This document shows positions 1 through 10,234 of a stretch of DNA of 59,222 bases, piece by piece. How positions within the stretch are numbered: position 1 is the first letter of the stretch; every line of letters starts with the position of its first letter. Location: assembly GCA_964255285.1 (NCBI GenBank), contig CAXUUL010000027.1:1-59222 (forward strand), given 5' to 3'. Made by a program: the position numbers and the translations under genes. The stretch comes from Ionaspis alba. Lineage: Eukaryota. The notes beneath the pieces were generated by a model, which did no database searches, had not been told where the DNA came from, and worked only from the letters and a program-made list of their open reading frames with translations.

Positions 1-1447
1 TGTTGATGATGCGAATGAGAGGGTTGGGGTGCGAAGGCGAGTTGGGTACGATCGGATGTAAAGGGTGAGGAGACGTCGCCGATGGGGTAGCGGAAGGGGA
101 AGACGGGTGCGTTTGCGGGGGCGGATAAAGGGGCTTGAGAGTAGTCTGAGGTGTGGGATGGAAGGGTTTGGGGGTACATCTCGTAGCTGGATTGTGCTGT
201 AGGGAGGAAGTTTGGTCGGGTTTGGTAGTTTGAGGTGTCACGGCTATAGGAGTCTGCTGCGTGGGAAGTGGACGTTCGTTGCCGTTTGTTGGGCTGATCG
301 GAATACTCTCTTGTGTATTCCTGTGTCGGAGCTTGGTTGAAAGCTGTGGAAGGGACGAATGGCATGGGCCCAGCACTGCTGTAGATTGGTGGGTGGTAGG
401 CTTGAGAAAAGTCGTGAGAGCTTATGGCTGGTGGTTGTGAACGTTTGCTTTCGTCTGTTAGTAGGCCAGATTATATCAAACTTGGATGATAGACGTACAG
501 CATTGTTCGTGTTTCCTTCCTTATCCTCAAACGAACTCCCTGGTCGCCGAAAGATCTCGAAAGAAAGGTGGATTCTGCCATGCCAGGAAAGCTTTTGGCG
601 GAGTGGACTGTTCCATGGTCAGTCATGCTGATTCCTGCAGTAGTGTGAAGAATCGTCTTACCGGTGAAAGGCTCGGTCACAATCGACTTGAGGTAGATTA
701 CCTCTGTTCTGGACCAAAATGTCAGTCCTAACTCTTGATCTACCGTGGTAAAGGAAACATACTTGAACATCTCGAAGAGACTGAACCGAAGTCGATATTC
801 ACCTTCGACCTTGATGGAAAGGTCTCCAAAGACAAAGAAACCGCCGTCTACACAATTCAATTTCAGCTCACGAGAATCTTTTGCATCTTCAGCCCTCCTT
901 GCTTACCGGAATTATCGATGTCCTTCAACCTGTGCAGTGAAGACACCAGCGTTCCTGCAAGTACAGAGCCTTTGTCCGTTGGTACAGCCTTCTCTTCTTT
1001 GGGGTCCCAAAGGTTGCAGCACATGAAGAAGTAAGGGCTTTGTAGGTAGTTCCTGATGAAGGTCAGCGATGGCAGCATGTGAAAGTCTCTTTGGAACAAC
1101 ATACTGTGCTGGATCGTTGGAATTCCTCACATGAAGTTGGATGATAGGAGGAGGATCCACGGGCTTTCGATCTGATAAGCCGTGGTGATACGTGTTAGCC
1201 AGTGAGCCGAATTACCATGGAAGAGGTGGAGTTTTATACCTTTCTCTTTGACACCAGTTACTCGAGCCCGTTCGGGTCCCTGGCGAATCTTGAGAGAATA
1301 GGCATCGCTGATGAGCATCATGGTCAGTTTGAAGACCTTTGCTGAGATGTCGAACACAATGTTTGAATGCAGTGCGTGAAGGAACTATTCGAACCTGGGG
1401 AGTTTCTCTCGTCGCGAGCCTTCTTCTGGTGGAGTATAAACGTTCAT
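1..1447 (-). CDS. vosA: Velvet-family regulator VosA (3' end runs off the window)
   Basis: Spliced model with exons 1447-1395, 1307-1240, 1171-1105, 1052-907, 847-763, 708-662, 607-499 and 454-<1, all GT..AG introns. It reads [10 protein letters not shown]...[33 protein letters not shown]...[14 protein letters not shown]...[45 protein letters not shown]...[28 protein letters not shown]. This is an uninterrupted N-terminal velvet domain followed by a Q/P/Y/S-rich tail, which is the VosA layout. Confidence 0.92.
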
Positions 1448-3059
1448 TGATAGCCTAGATAACTTGGAGTCTGTGGCTCGGGAGAAGTACTCGATGGTCG
1501 ATGCAAGACAATGTCGATTCCAGGATGAAAGATGCTAAGTCCACGGTAAAAGATGCGTAGATATGCTTGGTTGTACATTCGGAAGAAGAGAAAGAAACCT
1601 GGAGTCGAGAGAAGTAGTGATGTTCGAGGATGAAATCTTGATAGGTGTGGGGGAGGGTGATGCACGGCTCGCCTTCCGAGGTGGATCTGGCTAAGACCAG
1701 GTGATATGGAGCCGAATGCTTATATGGATCGAATTCCGTGGTTCAGATGTGGTAGTGGACACATGTGATTCGGTATCACACAAAGTCTGATGGCAATGCC
1801 CCGCGGATCGTGTCAAAGAGTACACTTCGAAACGGCAATTCGAGCTGATAGACTCCAGAATGGGTGGAGGAGTGGAGAAAGATGCCCTTGAGGGATGGGT
1901 ACGTAAATTTCTGTGATCTGGAAAGGGACCAAGTCGTAAAGAATGCCCTTGTGGATTTGGAAGTGTTTTACAATGCCTCTGTGATGTTGATGGAGGGGTG
2001 ATTCGCGGCGTTGTCGTCCAGCCTCTTGCACCTCCCGAATTCAAACTGCCACAGCAATTCGATGTTCGCAGCTTCCTCAAGTCGAGATTCCGAACTTGAT
2101 ACTTCCTGTGACGACGAGTACCTCCCGCAGACTAAACCTCCTCCTCTTTGCTACTCTCCTCTCCGTCCTTTGTGATCTCTTACGTCCTGTCAGAGTCCGA
2201 GGTTGTCAACTTGGTTTCTTCGGCCAGGCTGGGCGGCCTATTAGCTCCCTTTAGTCTTTCCTTGAAATCAAAGTCTTTCCGCAAAGAACTGGGTTCCGAA
2301 AGGAGCGACGCCACTATGAAGAATCTAAGACCAAGTAATTCTCACTTCCACCAATGACTTCGACGTTCGGAAAAGAGCACAAGATATGCGATGAAGAAGT
2401 CTCCGACTGGAGCCAAGATGGTCAAAGCCGAAGTGACAACGCTGGGAAATCCTCCGATAACGATAACTGGATTGACTTTTGATGGATTACTTCTTTTGGC
2501 CAGTGATATCATAAGCCGAGTCCTATACGAGAGTCTGATATCTGCAAGGTACAGACAGGCAAGATGACTGGCCACCCAGGTTAAGGCTGATGGTTCCTTT
2601 CCAAGATAAGTGAACAAATAAAGCAGTGAACCACGCCGCGAAAGACTCCAGATGCTCTTTAGACAATGTTTGTTAGGAACCAGGGGATTGGATATCTGAC
2701 ACGCAGTACCAGACTGACAGGATCAAGTTATTGATACAGAAGGATTGGACTGGAAGGAAGGGAGGGGCGTTCTAGCGAAGTGACCGAACCAGGTAGATGT
2801 CTTTTTTGTTTTCGCCAGGGAGGAGACGGTGGGAACTATTTGAATGGTCCGTTGTCCCCCAAGATATTTTCTCTTCCAGCGTGCAAGGGTTCCACGGCGA
2901 AGAGGGAGAAGGAAGAAGGTAAGACACCAATTGCTGAATGTGACCGAGATGGGACTAAAACGGGGTTCACACGAAGCGCGGCGGCTTGCATCTCTCCAAG
3001 CCAAAGTTTCCCGGATTGGACGAGTGAATGGGAAAACGGTCACATTACTCGATCCGACT

Positions 3060-3090
3060 GGGTAGGGGGAAAGAGGGAAGGGGGTAGGGG
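3060..3090 (+). other. G-quadruplex-competent polypurine tract (CT-rich on the vosA sense strand)
   Basis: GGGtaGGGGGaaagaGGGaaGGGGGtaGGGG: five runs of at least 3 G with 2-5 nt loops. Confidence 0.55.
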
Positions 3091-6000
3091 TGCGAAGAGA
3101 GGAGACTACGTCGTTGTGTTGTTGTCGTTTTTTTGAATGCGGCTTTTTGGTGCAAGCCCGAAAGGAAAAACAAGCCTCCTGATGCTGAACGAGAATGAGT
3201 AGGAAGGATGACACCACTCTACCGTCTCGAGGCTTTTCCTGGCTTCGTCTCTTCTTGCACCCAACCCTGAAGCGCGGGCTGAACTAACGACCGGCTTTGC
3301 TCCCACTATCACTACTCCCAGAACAGTAGCAACTTTTGGCCAGCAGCAGGTTTTTTATTTGTTTCTTTCGGGGTAAAGAGGATGGAATCGGAGGAGAGCA
3401 CAGACGACAAGTCAGTCAAGCTTAATTTGTTGTGGGAGGACATGGGGTGGGCATGGGAGGCGCGGTCCCCTGCAAGCACACACTTCTCTTTTTTTCTGCC
3501 CTTCTGTTATGGTGCTGTCGTTGTCGCTAAGCAGCTAGAGAACGGAGCAGGGGCGAGGGGGGTGGTTATGGTGGTGGAAGGGGGTTTGGTGCAAAAGGTT
3601 GGCAGCATGATCTCTGGTTTTGGATGAAGAATGATGTTTGTGGATGGCCAAAGAGACGAGCGTGCAGAGAGCTATCTCCTGTTGAACTCAATCGGAGTCT
3701 ATCAGCAGGTGCGCTTCTGATACTCTGCAGTCGTCGCTGTCTCTCTCTGTTAGAAATCAATCGATGATGGATGAAACCCCTCCATCAGTTGTTCAGATGT
3801 TCAGTTTAACGACGAACCATCCGAGTCTTGGCTGCTGTGCATCGTTTTTGCCTACTTGCTTGCTAGTTGGTCTGCTGTCATGGGAAGCCGCAGCAGCTCG
3901 GCAGTCTACGATATGTACAGTAAAGTGCACTGTGCAGCAATAGCCCCCAGAGATGATACTAATAACATCAATGCTGATGGTAGTAATCTCAATCATAAGA
4001 CTACTACTACGCTTACGGTACTACCTGGGTTCCAGGTCCGGAGTGGAAGCAACAAGAAGCAGCATCTTTTTGCGACCTCGACATGTCGGTTAAAGGAACG
4101 TTGCACACCCGCTCCCTTCATCTTTCGCGTGGCAAGGCGGGAGCAGCCACGCAGCAGCCAGGAGCCAGCTGGCATCCCTTGCCCATTTCCCCCTACTGCC
4201 CTCCCACATCCCCCCTGAGACAGCTTCGCTTCGAATGGACGAGTACGGAAGAGCACTGGACATCGTACAGCGCCAGGAGGCGTCAAAGCCACGGCGTCGC
4301 GACGACTTGCAGACCTCGAATCATCGACTCGAAATGCTCCATCCTTCGAGTCGCGACCGATGTACGACCAGTGCCGAAATGGGCAATTCAAGCCCCGATT
4401 GGAACGAGATTGGTGTAGCCGAGCCGAATCGAAGGCTGAAAGGAGTTTCCACACTCTCTCTCGGTCTCTCTCTCCACATCTTTGGCTCTCCATCCATCCA
4501 ACCAACCAACCAACCTCCTTCCCTTCCGATCCTTCCTCCCCTTATGATTTCCACCATCGACACATTCGTGGCTACAGTACCATGGCCAAAAGATGGCTAC
4601 GATGGCGTAAAGCACAAGGACGTCATATCTACCTTTCCACTCATGATTTGAGATACAGGACCTCTTTCGCACCGATCCGGTCAGCCGTCGCGAATCGAAT
4701 TGGGGAGGCAGTGCGAGGATTGTCATCCTTCTCATTCCTCTTACAGCCAATCATGCTATCAATCACCTTCAAACAGCTCGACTCCTTTTCGGGCAAGACG
4801 ACACGGGGAGCGTCTTTGCCAGTCTTCGACCATGTGGCGTCCTGGAATGAATTGTTTGTCTCCCCGGAGAGCTGAATACTGTACGCAGCTCAGCTTCCAC
4901 AAGGACACTCGATGGATCCAATTTATTATTGTCTTGAAAAGACAAGCCATAGTGCAATCATCCAATTTTGGATCTGACGATATATATTTAGGAACCAAGG
5001 GGTTCCTAGCAGTCAATCAAACTAAATACAGACAACAATCATAAAAATAAGAATAGCAGCAATGATGGAAAGGGAGCACTAATTGAAGCAATAGTAGGAC
5101 TGCCAGGGCCATGGATTTTGCATCCATGTGTCACCTCCTTCCTTGCTCCCGACGAGCGCAGCTGCATCCATGACGTGCCGGCACTTCCAAGGTCAGATCT
5201 TGGTTGACGACACGTCAAATTTGCTTGACCCCATGCTCACCCACGGTTGTGCAGCTGCCTGCCCGTCCCTCGTTTTCTTCCCTCTCGGCCCGCAGCAAAG
5301 AAGTGGAAGGCGAGGGAATGCCGCATGCCGGACCAGGGGACGGAACTGATCTTGTGCTTGATTGTGATTCGTTGCATGTTCTTCGACCTGCCCTGCTCCG
5401 TCGCCTTTGCGATCGAGAAGAGGTCAACTGTAGCCCTGCTGACCTGACGATCGCTCCGACCGTTGACTTTCCCATCTTCGCTCCGACCGTGCATTGCTTC
5501 TGCTTTGGCTTTTGCTTCGCCAATCAATCCGGTCGCTTCGGCTACTCTTTGCCGATAGCAAATCGGTGAACAAAGCGCATCTCGCGGGAAATTGCCAATA
5601 AACATGGGGAGACTGTTTCTTCGAACTATGCATCTCGATCGAACTGCATCGGTGGCAAGTAACTCCATCACCATCATCATCATTCAACCTCGCTTCGAAA
5701 TGCAAAAAGGAGACGAAGAGTTTCAAGAGTTGCAATAGCATGTACCTGCAAATGAGCGAACAAGAGTCTAGACGCACAAGACTGGCTGATGGCCAGAAGC
5801 AAGAATGGCCGAACTGCAACCAGGTCTTGCCGAAGTGGAAGTGGAAGAGAATGATTACGCGACAACGAGCAGGACAAAAACCACCGACGCAATTCTTGGA
5901 ACGAACCATACCCGATCGAGCCCATGAGGAAGCCCAAAGTGGAAAAGAAGGCGTGGAGAATCTCGCATGCGACTGCCATTCCCCCAATTAGCGTTCCCCT

Positions 6001-6936
6001 TAGCCCGACTTGGCTGGACCGGCTTCCTCTTAGCGCATGTGAAGCGTCCAGACCGATCCAGGGATTGGGTTCGGCAATGCACATCAACATGGCCTTAGAG
6101 GCAGCCACTAGCCATGCAAGTCCCACTACTACTGCATACGGTAGCTGCCTCCTGCTCCCACAGGTAACCCAGTCGGGCTCCCTTTCCGCCTTTCGATCCA
6201 GGGTTGTCGACTCCGATCGCCGCAATCTCAACGTTCGTTTCCTCTTGCAGTTCCACTTCCTCCCGGCTCGGCTCACCCACTTCGCTGCCCTCTACACAGA
6301 CTTCCCCCTTCCACTCTGCGTTACGACTTGCCTTGCCTGGCAGCGACATCGGCAGTAATAGCAGCATCAAGCAAGCAGCTGACCCACTCCTTGCAAGGGA
6401 AGTCCTCTCAGACCTCGTGGCTTGGATGCATACACTCTTGCTGCTGCTGGTGATGGTTGTTTGTCGCTGCAATAGTAATCAGATCATTCATCATTATTAC
6501 ATACAACATCCCATTCCTAGAACACCGCACACACACGCAGCCCCATACATACATACGCATACATGCTCCTCACACGTTCTCTCCACACCCTCCACCTTTT
6601 CCCTTGGGCTCGTCCTTTACATAACCGTCCTCCCGCTGCTGTGGCACACACCCACATATATAACACATTACAACACATACAGCAGCACGAAAGGATTGGC
6701 TCATCAACCCAAGCCATAATCACACGCCCTTTCGCCTACCTCATCTTTTGCATTCGCTCTCGTCCGTGACTATCGTCACCAATCCTCAGCATCATCACCA
6801 CAATTCAGCCACGTTTCAAAGCCGCGTACTCCGTTGCTCCATCTCACGGCCAATCCTCATCATCATTATCACAATAATTCAACCCCCTAACATCTACAGA
6901 TCTAGATCTCCTCAAAGCCCAGACCTTCAACGCCTC

Positions 6937-7402
6937 CATTCACATTCACATTCACATCCACATTTCACATTCACACTCCCCCCCATTCTCTCCGCCACAT
7001 CTACTCCCGCATCATCATCATCACCACTATCAGCATCAGCTAACCCCAAAGGCTGCCTCTCACTCTCCCGCTTCCGCCTCCCCACCCGCATCTTCCTGCC
7101 CTCTCCTCGCCTGCACCCACCCCAATCCATCCAAGCCACCCTTTCTCTTCATCCTTTCCTATTCCNNNNNNNNNNNNNNNNNNNNNNNNNNNNNNNNNNN
7201 NNNNNNNNNNNNNNNNNNNNNNNNNNNNNNNNNNNNNNNNNNNNNNNNNNNNNNNNNNNNNNNNNTTTAGGTTTGGTGAAGTGCCCTTTGCCGCGCATGC
7301 GTGTCTGTCACTTCGGGTATGCGTGGAGTTGGTGGGATGCAATCTGTGCATGCCCGCTTCTTTACCTTACCTTGTCTTTGCCTTGCCTTGCCTTGCCTTG
7401 CC
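6937..7402. repeat. Low-complexity/microsatellite block around a scaffold gap
   Basis: (CACATT)n at about 6937-6975, (CAT)n at about 7010-7023, 100 N at 7166-7265, and (CCTTG)n at about 7369-7402. Confidence 0.75.
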
Positions 7403-10234
7403 TACGTGGTCCCCTTGACCATCATAGCATTTTTTTTCGGTGCCGTTGGTGGCTTCTTTTGAGATGTGAATGGTTCGGATGCGGATTGGGTATGTGGACA
7501 CACAGACCGCGTCCGAGTCTTCGTTTTTTAGGTTTCCTGCTTCGGCCTTTTTGCCTAAGTGAGAGAGATGCGGTTGGGGTTTCGTGAGTTCATATGATTC
7601 AATTCTGTGCGTCATGCAGAGCAGAGCAGACCACGGGGGTTTTTCTCTTGCGTTCGTTTTTGGTGGTTGTTGTTGATGCAGAGACTGCGATGCTGTAAAC
7701 CTAAACCGGTCTATCTGCAGGATACACAGAAAGAAAGGAAGAAGGCACGAACGTCCTCGTTGCTGTGTTCAATTTTCTCCTGCAAACTAGAGCACAGGAA
7801 ACAAAACAACGAATCCAAAAAAAGCACTCGCGATACTGCATTCTCCAACGCCCACAATGGGCCACACGCCCGCTACCGCCGCCGCCACCGCCGCACGCCT
7901 CAAAACGCACAGACGATTTTCTTCCGACTTTCGACGGACAGATCTCGGTAACTGCGATGCTGCTAAGAGCAATTGTGGATGGTGGCTCCCCACCTGCAGC
8001 ACACCCAAAACAAAAACGGGAGCCGTTCGAGTTGCTCACTCCGGTTCGGAAACTCCCGTCCCTGCTACCAAGATTCGAGTAATCTCCAATCTTGGTACTA
8101 ACGGATTGAGGTAGCTGCGCCTCTTCCGCGAGAGGCTATCAAGCCATTCGATTGATCTTTCTTGATTCAGACTGCGTTGCCTGTTGTTTGGTAAACGATC
8201 GGAGACTTGTGTGGCTGGTTGTGATGTGATGTGATGAGTTAGGTTGGGCTTGAAGATTCTTCAACCTGCACCTCTTGAGATCCTGTTCTGGCCGCATTGG
8301 ATTCACTACCTTGATCGGAAGAGGATATGGTAAGTATTGACGAGATCTGACTCTAGAGGAGTCGTTTTTCTTCCTTGTGTAGGTTTGTCTCAGATTGGTT
8401 CCGTCGTTTGATGCACGCGCTGGAAGAATTTGGTCTGGTCCTTCCGAACCCTAATTCCTCTTCTTCTACACCTACATCATTCCTCTTACAAAGTACTATG
8501 ATTACTTGATTTGTGAACTCGATGGCTTTGCTTGTGAAGGGCTGGAGTTGGCTGTATGCTAGAATGAATGTAGTGGTTTGATCGGTTCTGTCGCTCGCTC
8601 TATCTGATTATTCTTTGATCGACGGCAACGCGGCCTTCAAACCCTAATTCTCCTGGCCAACCACAAGCAAAGGACTGGTCGACTAGGAAGAACAGAGCAC
8701 TATCTTGATCTCCAGTCTTAAACGAGCATGAACAAATTATGCGTACACTATCCGAATACCCTCTGCCAACAAACCAACCGGAAACCGTCGGCTACCAAGA
8801 TAACGTCTCGACTACTTCCGGCCGAATCGCTATTCTTTCTTCGCCAGAACCGCTCCCCATACCACCAATAAAAAGCCCATCGCAGCTTACACACCTCTTC
8901 TGCTCTGCGTAATCAACTGCTCAGTCATCGCGACTTCCGCTGCACAGAGAAACCTTATCAGGCTGCATGCATGCGTCAATCTTCTGCACAGCGAACGGTC
9001 CAGGCATCCGTGAGAAGCAGGAGGGCTGATGGGATTTACTAATTGGTATTTTGTGACACACCTTTCTGGTCAGCCTTCCAATCTTTGATGTTGTGAGATG
9101 GGTGAATGGTTCTTGGTGAATTAGATCTGTTGATGTGAGAGGAACATCGTTGCTGGTAGGGTGGGAAGTCTGTTGCTTGTCTCTCCGAGCTTTTGCTCAA
9201 CTGCCTATTATTCAGAGTTGATTTGGAGGTTTGACAGATCTTTCATGGGACGGCGATACTTGGTCCATTTCTTTCTCGAGATGCTGATCTTGCATGTGGT
9301 ACCACCACCTGTGCAAGTTGTCATGGCTAGGCGCGAGCTGTTGAGTATCGATATTGTCACTCTGAGATACCACCTTTTGTCCATCAATCTTTCACTTTCA
9401 AGCTTTCGGTTTGGACTGTTGCAGAAAAAAATTCTACGGCTGCTCAGCAGTCTATCTCTGAACTAAATTAATTCTGCGCTGTCTGTCCTGCAGACTTCCT
9501 ATATGTATATACCATGACTTAGTTCATAGTAGTTGATTTCTTACCCCGATCTCGAGACTATGGTCCTCCTAGGTCACTGACCTCCACTTGGTCGTTCTCA
9601 GGCAGCTGGTTCTCATCTTGCCGATGGATATTTGATGATCAGGTCGATGAACTGACAGCATCAGGACCAGGCCAATGTCTGCAGTATCGCCAGCTGCAAG
9701 CAGGAGAAGGCCTTCAGAGTCACTCCCAAGCTCCACTCTTCCGTACAACACGAAGTCCTTTGAGGAAGGAGAGGGACGCCGTGGACAGAATTGGGACTAG
9801 AGGCTAGCTCTGTTGCTCAGGCAGCTCCAGTATCACTGCGACGGTACGGAGATTATAAAGATGATTTTCGAGTAGGAGTCAGCAGTTTCCGTTATTACTG
9901 CTCGACGAGTTTGAGGAAGGAGGGGGGTCGGAATCATGAATGGAGGTTCGCGGCACCATAAGGCCGCTCTACATACAAAATCTAATTTGCAGACTTCCTC
10001 TTCCACATCCACCAGTCAACTGTGCAGAGACTTTGTAACAACACTAGAATTCGCAACCCGAGTCGACACACCCATGAAGTGCTCCTTCAAGAATATCCTG
10101 CATATCTTTCCTATCCTATCCTATCCTATACCATACCTCCCATATGTCTAGTATAGTTCAATCCCATGGTATCTCGTAAAACTCCCCCCGTGCCAGCCCC
10201 AGGTACCGATACATGTACACTATTCTCGTACAAC

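Noticed and set aside
5451..5490. 13-nt direct repeat TCGCTCCGACCGT twice
   Set aside because: Only two copies with no array structure; not CRISPR-like and no function assignable.
7670..7845. Imperfect inverted repeat as a possible milRNA hairpin
   Set aside because: Pairing is short and interrupted and largely explained by local GT-rich versus CA-rich composition.
1691..8114. Numerous 60-280 aa ORFs on both strands upstream of vosA
   Set aside because: They overlap in several frames, are low-complexity or motif-free, and have no coherent exon structure; consistent with chance ORFs.
1850..8570. AbaA-type CATTCY sites upstream of vosA
   Set aside because: Roughly a dozen seen by eye versus about 8 expected by chance in this length; not distinguishable from background.
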